The translations under genes were made by a program, and so were the position numbers. Below the pieces are notes generated by a model, which was not told the DNA's origin, searched no databases, and saw nothing but the letters and a program-made list of their open reading frames with translations. From Octopus sinensis (taxonomy: Eukaryota), in contig NC_043004.1 in assembly GCF_006345805.1 (NCBI RefSeq), forward strand, positions 56,544,001 through 56,608,000: a stretch of 64,000 nucleotides of DNA. Direction: 5' to 3'. Below, in pieces: positions 27,300 to 40,378 of the stretch (its first letter is position 1; the number at the start of each line of letters is the position of its first letter).

Positions 27300-28940
27300 A
27301 CCACTGGAAACTTAAGAACTACTAGAATAAAATGGACGCTACACAGACGTCTGTAGGTGACGATGTATATTAGACTTAAAAATTTGGAGGTCAGGAAAGG
27401 ATAACTGAAGCGATTAATTGAAAGAAGTTTAGTTTTCGATGGATTCAACGTTACAAGCAATATGCTACCCTATTCAACAACAGACCGACGATGATCCTCA
27501 AAGCTAGAAGCTATCTCAACCATAACAGATATGTCTACACAAGAGTACAAATTAGAGTCCTCAGCATAGATTACTAGCTGACAGATGATATGATCAAAGA
27601 GAACATTGATGAAATGAAGAGAGTTGAGCCCAGGGCATATCCTTGAGGATCCCCAGAATTAATAGAATAACTACACGAAGACTGCTCATTAAAACCAACC
27701 TTGATCTTACAGTCATAATGGAGGGAGGAGATGATTTTCAGCATGAAACTTGAGGCACCCAAGGATTGGAGCTTCCATAGAATTCCAGCATGCCAAAACC
27801 TATAAAATGTTTTAGAGATATCATGCACATCCGCCCTAGATTGATTGGATATATTCAAGGCACCCTAAACACGCTCGGATATAATAGTGAGAAGATGAGC
27901 AGAAGACCGTCTGGTGCGGAATCCATATAACAGTAGTAGGAAACGATTTGAGTCAAGATATTTTACAAGAGGGTCATTAGTCAAGCACTCAAAAACCTTA
28001 CTGATAATTCGTAGTAGATGAATTGGTCTATAATTACGAGGATTAGGTCGATCAACATAGTTCTTAAAGACAGGAACAACAGTGGGAAATTTCTATCTAG
28101 TAGGAAAACAAGATTCTGAGATGCACTAGCCAAAGAGCCTAGATAAAACAGAGGACAACTCAGGAGAGCGCTTCAGAAGAACAATGACTAGAATACCATC
28201 AGATCTAGTTGCCTTAGATGGATCCAACCTTGCCACAATGGCCGCCACGCTAGCAGAAGTAATATGACAATTGTTTAGCAGTTAATCGGTTTTGAGAAGA
28301 AAATCAGAAAGAGAATGACCAGAGTCATCGAGAATAGAGTAAAAACTAAACAGTTGAGCAAAGAGCTCTGCTTTATCATTAAATGTTGTCAAGACCTCAG
28401 GTCTGTTGAATAAAGGAGGAATAGATGACTTTTTGTTGCCTCTAACACTTTTAATAATTCTCCAGGCATCACCAGAACCTACTTTGGAGATGGTATGCCT
28501 ACATTAATGTACTGCTCGTAGTCTGAATTAGCATTATGACTGACAGCCCTACAGTAATTGCGAGCATTGGTGAAAAGCTGTTTCTTCACAGCAGAATTTT
28601 CTGGTTGAAACTAGTGGAAAAATAATTACGATGGGTGATAGTAGCAGCACATGCAGAAGAAAACCAGAGTAAGGAATGCGGTTTCAGCTGGTATTTGCTA
28701 GAGAGTATGAAGGTGTTAATACCATCGGAAAGCCAAGTAGTAACTTCCCCAGCACTGGTCTCCGCAGGTTTAGCAAAAATATCGGTCCAAGGAACGTCGC
28801 GAAGAAAGTCGCGAAAAGTTTCCAAGTCACCACGATCATAGACGAATTGGGGAATCCTTGGAAGCAGAACGATTCGGTGAAACGTCAACTAAAACAACAG
28901 AATGGGTAGTTCGCTCGATTGGAGAATCATGACAAACCTT
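27300..28940 (-). mobile_element. Degenerate CR1/Jockey-type LINE (RT region)
   Basis: DISKTFYRFWHAGILWKL, SINSGDPQGYALGSTLF, VTLNPSKTKLL, FRDFLRDVPW...WFSSAC. Confidence 0.78.
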
Positions 28941-29325
28941 ACAGATACCAAAAAGAGATTAAGACGGTAGGAAGTTTAGGCATCGCGATCAGGAATGCAA
29001 GTAGAAAAGTTAACGAGTAGTGTGAGCAATTGAGAGCGTGTAAAATTATACACTTCAATGCACGATGTACTCGTGCTATAAAAAACCTTAAGCTATAGTT
29101 TATGGTGAATATTAAAATCACCAAAGACGAATATATTCGCAAAGTTATGGAAAGTTATCGATGTCACAGTATAACAGAACAATTTTGAGAAGCTGGAGAA
29201 CGATAGAAAATGAACAAGTAGATAGTTGGGTACAGAAGACACATAAAAGACTGCGGAGGTTTCTCACGATCTTCCTCGCGAACGATGACAAAACTGACGC
29301 AAGCAAGAAAGCCCAGCTCGTGCAC

Positions 29326-29334
29326 ATGGTAAGT
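29326..29334 (+). other. Candidate exon end: ATG followed by a consensus donor GTAAGT
   Basis: gtgcacATG|GTAAGT at the end of a CpG-enriched stretch and an open frame starting at 29161; no partner exon identified. Confidence 0.3.
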
Positions 29335-29530
29335 ATAAAATCCAATTTTCATGAATAATAGTAATTTGCAAGCGTAGATGGTTGTAGGCTTATTTCATAT
29401 TGAGACTCAATCTCTAAGTATCTCTATTTAAGTAAAAGAATTTTCGACCTGATTAGCTAGCAGAGAAACCCTCGTTGAGTACTTATTAATTCCTAGGTTC
29501 TGCTAGCTAGGAAACGTATGCATATATATA

Positions 29531-30798
29531 CGAGGGACGTTCAATAAGTAATGCCTCTGACCCACCTGCAGTTGTTTGATCTAGCTGCAATTTTGCATGT
29601 GTAATCATTTATATCTCTATAGAGTAAGTGGCAAATTACAGCTCTGAATTAATTGTGGTTTCTGATTTACAGGTGTTTGAACCGAGTCAAGTGTGAAATG
29701 GAGCCTGTTGAGTGTCGAGCAGTGATCCGGTTTTTGTATTTGAAAGGACGCACACCACGGGAGACTTTTGATGAAATGAAAGTAACTTATGGTGATGATG
29801 CCCCATCATATGACCTTGTAAAACGCTGGCATCGTCAATTCAAACATGGTCGGAACTCTGTGGAAACAGCTCCCAGATCTGGTCGCCCCCTTCTGCCATT
29901 GATGAGGCATCTGTCCGTCAAGTTGAGGCTGCCATTTTGGAAGATCGACGCATAATTATTCGCCAAATAGCCCATGAAGTCAAGATTAGTACCGGGTCTG
30001 TGGAAACTATCATTCATGACCATTTGCATATGCAAAAGGTGTCTGCCAGATGGATTCCCAGGTTGCTCATGCCTTTCCAGAAGCAAGAACGCGTCGAGTG
30101 CTCAAGGGTGAATTTGGAGACGTGCCAAGAAGATGAGTCAAAATTTTTCAAAAGAATGATTACACAGGATGAAACCTGGGTCCATCACGATGATCCAGAG
30201 ACCAAAGCCCAGTCAATGCAGTGGAAGCACCGTGACTCACCCCCTCCAAAGAAGGCAAGGGTGCAGCCATCCGCTGGCAAGGTCATGCTCACTTTTCTGG
30301 GACCAGGACGGAGTAGTGATGACAGATTTCCTGGCAAAGGGTACCACAATTGCAGGAGCCTATTATGCTTCACTTTTGAGGAAATTAAGAGAAGTTATCA
30401 AAATCAAGAGGCGGGGCAAGATCAGCAAAGGCATCCTCCTCCTGCAGGACAACGCTCCGGTCCACAACTCGCTTGTCGCCAGATCAGAAGCACAGGCGTA
30501 TGGCTATGAACTCCTCCCCATCTTGCATCCTCTGATTTTCACCTCTTCCCAATCATGATGTTGTTTTTGAGAGGAAAGCGTTTCCCAGATGATGCAGCCT
30601 TGATTTCTGAAGTCACGTTGAGGTTGGAGGACCAAGCTGGGTTCTACAAAAACGGTCTCCAGAGCCGCATCAAACGATGGGAGAAATGCGTAACTCTGGG
30701 TGGTTCCTATGTAGAAAAAGACTAATAACTGTGCCAAGTTTCGTTGCTCTACTGTTATGGGAAGTGGGTCAGGGGCATTACTTATTGAACGCCCCTCG
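29531..30798 (+). mobile_element. Full-length mariner transposon with disrupted transposase
   Basis: ~34-bp TIRs cgaggg(a/g)cgttcaataagtaatgcc(t/c)ctgaccca, TA target duplication. MEPVECRAVIRFL (ATG 29698), WIPRLL, ITQDETWVHH, LLQDNAPVH; frameshifts and a deletion in the YSPDL region. Confidence 0.95.
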
Positions 30799-31002
30799 TA
30801 TATGTTATTTATTTTTTACATTAATCTTAATCTTATTTCGGCCAGAGTTCTTTCGTCACACTCCTGAAGCAAAGTAACACCAAATATATAGTGCGTGTGT
30901 TTTTATTGGCTAAACTGGCAAAATGACCATTCCTAAATACAACAATATATGTTTCAACACACGACTTCACATAAAAAAATCTTGCACAACAAATATTTAA
31001 AC

Positions 31003-31069
<67 letters not shown>

Positions 31070-31235
31070 ATATACACTCAGAAGTAAATGTTTACGTAAA
31101 TATAAATATTGCTATTATTATCGAAGGTATTAGAAATAGTTTATGATAATAACAATATTAATTTGCCTCTAAGCAATTAAGGACGACAGCAGGTTTCATC
31201 GTGGCGGACTGGGAAGATGTTTTAAAGGGGTAAGA

Positions 31236-31284
31236 TGTGCTGAAGAAGGGAATATCTTGGTATCAAACCAGAAACCGGTCCACA
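31236..31284 (+). ncRNA. Type I hammerhead-like motif
   Basis: tgtg-CTGAAGA-agg...cca-GAAA-CCGG-TC-caca. Helix I tgtg/caca, palindromic ACCGGT stem III, GUC triplet, weak helix II. Confidence 0.5.
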
Positions 31285-31471
31285 AAGCAGAAACCTGTTC
31301 CAGTAACTATATAGCTTCATGCTATACAGGTACGTGAGAGTGTTTTTCGGGTCGCACCCCCGTATACTGCCGAATCTGTTCTTTTCAGTATAAATATTTT
31401 TGATGGTCCAAACGAGAGTTTTAACCTCTGATTTCTAGGAGGGGGACAATTTAATGTGCTTTAGATTAATG

Positions 31472-31543
<72 letters not shown>

Positions 31544-33259
31544 GCATACGCATATATTTATATACATATATACGTATACATATATATGTGTGTGTATAAA
31601 GATGCTACTATCAATATACATATCTATATAACGTGGTGAGCTGACTGTATAGTTACTACGAGTGGCAAAATGTAGTATTTATTTACGTTCTTCGTTTAAA
31701 TCTAGGTCCACTTGTCTCGGTCCACTCGGTCCACTTTTCGTCCTTTCTGGGTCAATATAAAATGTACCAGATGAATACTGGTGTCGATATAGTCGGTTTA
31801 ACCCGTCGCCGAAATGGCTGGCCATATGCCAAAATATGAAACGAATATAATATGTATATATGCATACACAGACACGCACATTCATATATACACCCATATG
31901 TGTGTGAGTGTTTTTCTGTGAGTGTGTGCGTGTGTGCCAGTGTGTGCTTATATGTGTGTGCATTTGTGTTTATATATGTGTTTATGTTTTATGTATTTAT
32001 GAAGTTATTACTGAATTTTGATATGTGATGCTAAATCTCTTTGTACGTCACCATGTGTGTTTTGTCTGTCAAATATATTTTTCAGATTATATAAAATAAG
32101 TAAAGAATAGATTTTTATGTAATCATGTGTTGTAATATGGTGATGTGATGATACTACAACATCCAGTGATTTACAGTTTATAGACTGAACTTGAAATGTG
32201 GTAATACACAAAAGGAATTGTAATTATAAAATTGAATACTGTCTTTTCATAGAGAATATGTTTGTAAGGTCAATACGGTACTTCGAAATATTTATGGTAG
32301 CATAGAACAGAAAGAAGGAGAAAGAGATTATTGAAATTGAGAGAGAGGGAGAAAGACACTGAAAGAGAATGAGAGAATAAGAGAGAGAGTTTGAATGATG
32401 TAAACGTATAATTATGTTGCCAAGCATGAAATATTGCATTGGGGTGCCAAATATGACAATATTTCAAATATATTTATATTTATTTTCAGCCATTTTTATC
32501 AGATTTAAGATAGGTTATAAACAATGGCTAAACCACATACGCTTATTCGTGATTAATTTTGTCTTTACAATGCAATATTGGGGCTAGAAAAGGAACTTTC
32601 GATTAGAGAACAACATGTTTGATGAGTTTTATATCATATACAAGTTTATATATCTAAAATGCACCATTTAACATACAGTCTCCGAAGCCATCTGTCTAGT
32701 TTTCAAGCCAACCTTTGTTTCTGATTGTTATTATTTAGATGTAAAATTGCAGTTTCGCATATTATCTGTTACAGCTACATAATTAAGATGTAGTAAATAC
32801 TATAATTTTCAATGTAATGGTAGCTTTGAATTGAAGATTTCCAAATATTGTCTTGTAGCAGTTTACATTATTTATGCCATCCACTGGGAAGATTAAATTA
32901 TGGGAACAAAGCAGATTTAAAAAGAAAGTAATATACACATTGGTATTTAGCATTTCGTGATGTGTTAAACAACTGCCGGTGTATTCCAGCACATTAATTT
33001 TTTTCCCCTTTAGAGATAAAACAACCATATAAAAATATATTATTTCCAAATTTAAGATTAGTTTCAGGATAGTAAACAAACAAGTTACTAAGAGTTGTGT
33101 ATTTTTTATACTTACTGTAAACAAATTATTTGATAAATGTCAATATTTTGCCTCCAGAGCAGAATTAAGAATATTCCAATAATTTTATTTAACATTGCAC
33201 TTGCAACTGAAGAATTCTGACAAATAAACATGTAATAGACAAAAGCCCCAAGAAATATG

Positions 33260-33273
33260 GTTACCATAGCAAC
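33260..33273. promoter_or_regulatory. Perfect RFX X-box motif GTTACCATAGCAAC
   Basis: Matches the GTNRCC(N0-3)RGYAAC consensus and lies in non-repetitive-looking sequence; no target gene identified. Confidence 0.35.
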
Positions 33274-34780
33274 TGTACTATTAACAATGAAATGGTAGTG
33301 GTGTGATATTCCAATAATATCATCATCAACAATAGTTTATTATTCCCTTAGCTTCGTCAGTTCAATGGTTAAAAGGAATAAACGTTCCAGGTCTCAATCT
33401 TGAAATGAGAGAGGCATTAATCAGTGATAATTAACTCGATATTTCAATATTTTTTATTGACAATGGCGACGACAACGACAACGACAATGATGATGCTGAT
33501 GACGATGATGATGATGATGATGATGGTGATGATGATGTTGGTGAGGGAGTTGGAAACGTATACATGCAGTCTCTCCAATCTTCCTGCTACTACAGCGACT
33601 GCAGTTCTCGAAGCTGTCCTGAGTTAGCTACCTTTAATTCAAATGATCCCATCGTATACATATTTCCAACTCTCTTCTCCAACGTCATGACATGTATGAG
33701 ATATCTACACAATCGTATCTCCTGCAAGATTTCGGTTTACCGCTTTATTTTAAAAACTGCTAAGAGATATCAACGAAATGTATAAACTAAACATTTAATG
33801 TTCTCACAAAGGGCGAAACTTTGATGGTTACCCGTCGCAATCCCACGAAACCATACTCAATCTGACGACTAAGGTAAAGAAATTTTTTCCAAATATCCTA
33901 CTAAAGTTGATATTAGATCTATGCTCTCTATAGTAATCGAAATTTAAACAATTTCCTGAGAGATAGGAATTCCCCCTCAACCTTTTGAAGTAAAACTTTA
34001 AAAACCTGATGTCTTGTTTGAATAGATTTAGTCTTCTGCGTCACTCAACCACTTTCGCAAAGGCCTTCACTGAAGGAAAATATTTCTGTTCTTTTCGGCA
34101 ATAGTAGTTTTGTTGCCCTGTCCACAACTCGTAGAAGTATACTTGATGGAATTTCTATGCGTTTTGAGTTTATTTCAAACCGGCGATAAACTATGCACCT
34201 ACCGTGGAGAGCAATGACAGGTCAAGGATTGCTGAAAATTATCCGTAGGCTCATGCTCGAAAGATCTCCAAAATATATCGATCCGTTGATTTTTATCGAT
34301 GGCAGATCTTCCCAAAGGAACGTCACCGATTTTCCATGCATATTACCTTGTATTCAAAAACAGCGTGGAACTTTCACATACTACATTACTAACTTGGTGA
34401 AATAGTGTAAGTTTATGACATTTCAGATCTGAAAGACCCTTTCTCTGCCTTCTCTTGTTCAATGATTGCAACATTGTCTAGTATTTACAATTGTGGGCAT
34501 TGAAGCTTGGGGATACCATCGTTGTGGAACAAATAATAGTATCATCAGAAGGTGGAATGCATACCTTCCTGCGATGTAACAACATATTGCTAAATCGTTA
34601 ATCATTATTCCATTGTATTTGTTGCCGTTGTAGATGTTATTGCCGTTTTTGGTGTCACTGCATCAAATCGGGTGTAAGTTATAATTTCAATTTTTATTGA
34701 AGTATGTTTTAAAAATCTTACTGCAAAATCTTGGAGGAACTGGTGAGTTTTTGTTGTGTTTATATATATATAATATATAT

Positions 34781-34810
<30 letters not shown>

Positions 34811-34815
<5 letters not shown>

Positions 34816-34954
34816 GAATAAATGAAAGAATGGAGTCGAACGAAGATGTTAACAAAATTCCTTTACTCTCGACATATGTTTCGAAGACATGTTTTCCAGT
34901 ATAGGAATTGTGTTAACATCTTCGTTCGACTCCATTCTTTCATTTATTCATATA
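34811..34954. repeat. Fold-back with 52-bp arms (1 mismatch) and a 40-bp spacer
   Basis: tatatgaataaatgaaagaatggagtcgaacgaagatgttaacaaaattcct and its reverse complement at 34903-34954. Confidence 0.92.
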
Positions 34955-35096
34955 CAACACACAAATTTCTGCACATGAACCCGGAGTTTCTACCCTTGGA
35001 CAGGTCGCTTCAACCGTGTTTCTGACGTGAATTTGCTACCCAGGTTTCGGTTAAACGAATGTTCCATGCTGACGATAAACATAGGATAATTCATTC

Positions 35097-35163
<67 letters not shown>

Positions 35164-35317
35164 CATATATATATAGACACATACATATATATATATTTCA
35201 TACATAAACATATACATACATACGTATACTTACACACCACACACCCACATGCGTGCATACAACTTACACGCAAACACACAAGCGCATACACCCATACATA
35301 CGTACATACATTTTTAA

Positions 35318-35600
35318 TGCGCCCTTTTCAAGCCAAGCCAAACTCACGAGTCCGGTTTCCCTGTTTCTATGGCGTATGTGTTCCACCCAGCTGGACGGGA
35401 CGCCAGCCCATCGCAGCGTTACTAAAGAAACAGGAAGAAGGAGTGAGAGAAAGTTGGGCGAAAGAGTACAACTGGGGTTGCCATCACCCCCTGCCGGAAC
35501 CTCGTGGAGCTTTAGGTGTTTTCGCTCAATAAACACACACAACACCCGGTCTGGGAATCGAATCCGCAATCTTCCGACCGCGAGTCCGCTGCCCTAACTA
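35318..35600 (-). mobile_element. tRNA-derived SINE (second octopus family)
   Basis: Minus-strand head gttagggcagcggactcgcggtcggaagattgcggattcgattcccagacc; head shared with 60608-60982. Confidence 0.82.
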
Positions 35601-36316
35601 CATATCAGTACACTAATGAAGATATATTAGTATGTACTAAAACAAAACCTTAAGAAAGATATAAAATACTAGCGCTGAAAAGAAAAAAGATTTTGAGCGC
35701 CCTCTATGACCACGTTAATCATTTACCACAATACATACAATGTGCTAACACCATAACCCAAGATAGCGTATCGTCTTCCAAATAGAACACTTAATTTTAT
35801 GTTCTTAAATTCATCGAAATAATGAAACCATATGCAAATTACCCACAACTAGAATTAACCGTTAATTAATTCTAAATTATAGCAAAGAAAAGGTGAGAAT
35901 GCGGCGATGTTAGAGACGATAATGTGCTGCTCAACTAAGAATGGTGAATGGTTAGATACGTATATCTAAAATCATAAAACATAGCTACATATAGTGTAAT
36001 CTACCGGGTTCCTATATTCAAATAACTGCTGAATTTTTCTTATTTGGCAGATTTAAGCTACAGGACCGGGACGTTAGCGAAGGAATGGTATTAATGCATT
36101 AGTCAATTTTAAGGCGAACTGCAGGAAATACGTAAGAACTCTTCTTTTAAGAGAGAATACTTGATGTTAGAAGAGGATAATGACGAGAAATAATCCAGAA
36201 ACCATGGTGTGATGCTTGTGCAAATAACTCAAGGGGGAGTTGTATGCTCCTTTGGTTACTGTATATCAAACACAAATCGTGTGTCGATAACCACCTGCAA
36301 AACTTTTTTTCCTGAG

Positions 36317-36978
36317 ATTAAAATGTAGTGTTGAATAGATATACTATTAAATTAGTATCTAATTCTCTCACCCTTATTAATTAAAATGTAGTGTTGAATA
36401 TATATACTATTAAATTAGTATCTAATTCTCTCACCCTTATTAATTAATTATAATTATGCTACATTTATTTCTAAATGCAGTCTTTGTTTTCCGTGAAAGT
36501 TTGGCGCGCTGTTAGTTGGGGCAGTTGAATTATAACGTCGGATGTAATCAATTGAACCACACGCGTATTTATCGTTATGGTAAAATCTGGCGTGTGATTG
36601 AGTGGATTTCATCCAGATAGTTTTGGCTGACGAGCTACAAGTGGATTTTTTTGTAAGTAAAATTACATTTAATTCATTAATAGCGAAACAATTGTCCCAA
36701 AATAATCTGTATTTTTGTTATTTTTTATTTGCCCTGTCCGTGTGAGCTAGCAATCGTACTGACTTTCATGGGAAACATGTATTTTTGTGGTTGAAAACTT
36801 TTGGATTAACTGGTGCTAGAGTGAGCCATATAGTGACCACTCTCTTATATTTATTTTGTAAAAATATTATAATATATTATAAAATATTATAATAATCCAG
36901 GTTTCTCGGAGCACTAGGCCACTTGGTGTTGAATAGATATACTATTAAATTAGTATCTAATTCTCTCACCCTTATTAA

Positions 36979-36986
<8 letters not shown>
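36317..36986. repeat. 63-bp tandem duplication plus a third partial copy ~480 bp downstream
   Basis: gtgttgaata(g/t)atatactattaaattagtatctaattctctcacccttattaatta at ~36328, ~36391 and 36926. Confidence 0.88.
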
Positions 36987-37012
<26 letters not shown>

Positions 37013-37253
37013 TTGTGTATGTGCATATGTGCCTATGTCTATGTTTTGTGTATGCTGGTTTAAAGTGCTATGTCAATTTGTTTTATTATTTAACCCTTTC
37101 TTGTCCCACTGGTTAAACTGCGAATATTTAAAGACTGTTACTTGTTCTAACGGGTCTCATCTGCTAAACATCTAAGTACTGGTTCTTAAGCAGTAGGGAA
37201 ACTTAAGCTGAAAATTACACCTAGACCATGCGCGCGCACACACGATCAAAACC

Positions 37254-37331
<78 letters not shown>

Positions 37332-39052
37332 ATATAATATATATATATTGTGTGTGTGTGTGTGTGTGCGTGTGTATGTGTGTGTGTGTGTGTGTACACG
37401 ATGGGGTTCCTTCAGTGTCCTGGCCGCGAGATAAAATAGATGACACTTGCCCCAGGAGCTACGCAGTGGGACCGAAATTGGAATCATATTGTTGTGAAAA
37501 AAACTTCCCACAACGTAGTCAAGCAACATTAGATATTAGCTTTGGCATTCGATAGGATCAATGAAATACGTACCGATCTGAAATAGGTAAAGAATCAATA
37601 TGGTAAACAAAATAATGTCTATGCATTGACAGAGAGAAGTAAAGAATAAAAGAGTTATAATGATATGCGTCAAATAGTGCATGAAAATTATTTCCAAAAT
37701 GACTCTCAGCTAAATTAAAGTTAATGCAAATTGCTAATAATATTTTTAATGCTAGATTCTTATCCAATATATTTTACTTTTGAATATTAATACCAGTTTC
37801 CCATTCTTTAGTAGACCATAGAACTATTTATTTTCTATTTGTTTTTAGTTTCTCTCTTTACCGTACCATCTATTTGAATTTTTATCCCCTTGTTTTAGTC
37901 TGTATATCAATTGTATCGACAATTAGTTTTCTAGGTGATTAAACAAGTATATTAAACTAAAGTATAACCATCTTTCAAACTATTAAAAGACCTGGAAAAA
38001 CTTGAAAGAAAGCCGATAACAACTTTAATTTCAGCACAAGTAATCGACTTAAATAATCAGTAATTACTATTTTCCAAGTGATGCGAGTAAATTTAGTCAG
38101 TTTCTGGCTCACAACGTGATTATTGTTTAAAGTGTCGAATAGTTTCTAAATATTTGACCTATCACTTTTTAATTTGTGTTCGTGTTCGAGTTGTTATACC
38201 ATTATGAATGTCTAGATAGGTTTATATTCCAACCGATATAAAAGGAAATAATTACACGCTAAATGTAGATGTATATATAGATATTAGCGAATTGAAAGTT
38301 ATTAAATTTCAAACTAGCCGTAATCATATAGAAATATAATAAATATGGGGTGAGGTTTATGTACAAAAAATGCGGCAAGAGAATATTGAAAAAGAAGCAG
38401 AGAGAGACAGCTGAATTACAAAGATACAAAATAAGAGAAAGTGCTTTATATTAAATTAAAGACAGCGGCTGAAACCTATTATATTAAATCGTTCTTCAAA
38501 GAAGAACAAATGGGAATTGAGACAAGTAAACAGATTAGATGGAGTCGACATTTATTCAGCGCATCAATTATTTTAAGAAAATGTAATGTTTCAGGGGGAC
38601 ATAATCAAATCTTAATCTTGGGAAACGAAGAAAAGCGAATTAATATACACAATAACAGCACCTGAGGTAATTTAGTTTTATGTCTATACTGAATTATTTA
38701 GTCATGAATTTTATGTAATTACAATCTTAGATTTTGAGCAGGAGACTTCCTATTTTAGTCTTGGCCGACAAACCTGGCTAAATTTAATATAAAAAAAAGA
38801 AACGAAAAAAAATTTCCTGTTCACTTTCCAATCAGTGATAAAATTTCAGAATGGCTTGGAATTTTCCGAACATTCAGACTGTTTCCATGTTGAAATTTAC
38901 CAGATCGAACCATTTATAGTCAAGTTACTAATCCTATTTTTGAAATGACATTGTTATGTGGCCTTTACCGTTCTATGCGTTACGACTAATAGCAAAATAC
39001 GTTATTCTTTTATGAGTTCTACTCTGTAAAGTTGGTACAGAATGTCCTTGAC

Positions 39053-39568
39053 TATCTATATATATAAAACTGTAGTTGTGTGAGTGTCTGTCCCCTTCGA
39101 TTTAGATTCCTAACCACTCCCACATTTTGCGGTGCAGTTTAATCAAAACCGGGTATCTTATAGTCGTGATTCATATCGAGCCCGTCTGGGTATTAGCGCG
39201 CGTCTACGATGAGTCTACGATTTTAAAAATAATTTAACATCATTTTTTATTCCATTTTAATGCATATTTTTTCGTGTGTCGATGGCGGCGGAGTTGGCGT
39301 CCACGCTCACACCTGCACCTGTTTGCTCCTCCCCTTCTTCCCTCTCTCGTGAAGCTGTGGGGGAGGGAGTGTAAGGAAAGCAACGTCGTAATGCGTTGTC
39401 AAGGAGACCAGCGTTCTTTTAGAACAACGACTTCATGGCTTGAAGTCGCCAAAACAGAAATCGCTAAAAAAGCTGAAACAGATCCACAAAAACGGCAATT
39501 ACTGCCACACAGGGCAGGTTTCCTGTGCAAACAACTTGCACAACCGAATGTTTTAGTTGTTGCACAAA
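39053..39568 (+). mobile_element. Non-autonomous Helitron lacking its 3' end
   Basis: 5' TCtatatatataaaactg...; the first ~210 bp are homologous to 39569-39775. Confidence 0.65.
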
Positions 39569-39863
39569 TCTTTATATATAAAAGTGAAGTTGTGTGTCTG
39601 TCTCCTACGATTTAGATTCCTAACTACTCCCACATTTTGCGGTGTAGTGTAACCAAAACCGGGTATCTTATGGTCGTGATTCATATCGAGCCCTTCTAGG
39701 TATTAGCGCGCGTCTACGATGAGTGTACGATTTAAAAAAAATTACCATCATTTTTTATTCCATTTTTAATGCATTTTTTGCTATTTTTTTGCTATAACTC
39801 ACTAAAAATGCTTATATAGTTATTTCCCTTACAAACCCGGGCAACGCCGGGCGATACTGCTAG
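39569..39863 (+). mobile_element. 295-bp non-autonomous Helitron
   Basis: A|TC start, subterminal hairpin cccgg(g)caacgccggg, CTAG|T end. Confidence 0.85.
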
Positions 39864-40226
39864 TATCTCATAAAAATAGGTTCCATGAAAACAATAAAAG
39901 AAATGTATTGAAAAGCATAACTAAAGCCCAGTGATAACAAACATAAATAACATACAGATCAATTGTTGAAAATGTTTATTTTCATTATATTGTTTGCACT
40001 TCATGTTCGCCCTTTTTTTCATTTTTCAATGATTACATTTTTTTTCGCATCTAAGTATTGATTCTGAGCCTATAAAGCCATATCTTCCGTTTATGTCATT
40101 CTTGGCCCTCCTTCCGATTTCCTTTCTTTGTATAAACTTATAAAATCCCTACGACAGGGTGTTTACTCTTACTGTTTTTGAGCTACTGCTCTTCTTCTTT
40201 GCCATCGTCGTGATCACAATATCAAA

Positions 40227-40295
<69 letters not shown>

Positions 40296-40296
40296 G

Positions 40297-40359
<63 letters not shown>

Positions 40360-40378
40360 TAAAAAAAATAATAATAAT
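40227..40378. repeat. (CTA)n-(ATA)n compound microsatellite
   Basis: Direct reading. Confidence 0.95.

Noticed and set aside
29653-30558. Domesticated SETMAR-like gene
   Set aside because: Intact TIRs and TA TSD, multiple frameshifts and no SET domain indicate an ordinary dead mariner.
32863-32931. Open 69-bp exon candidate QFTLFMPSTGKIKLWEQSRFKKK
   Set aside because: Weak donor, no domain match I can defend, and no linked exons.
33800-34700. Possible minus-strand IS630/Tc1-like transposase relic
   Set aside because: Only vague motif resemblance, many stops, and no TIRs identified.
35030-35085. Hammerhead from CTGACGA and GAAA-CCTGGG-TA
   Set aside because: The two half-motifs are on opposite strands and helix I does not pair.
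38595-38666. 72-bp AG...GT exon candidate (similar ones at ~26340-26435 minus and ~52826)
   Set aside because: Stop codons in all three frames; no recognisable protein.
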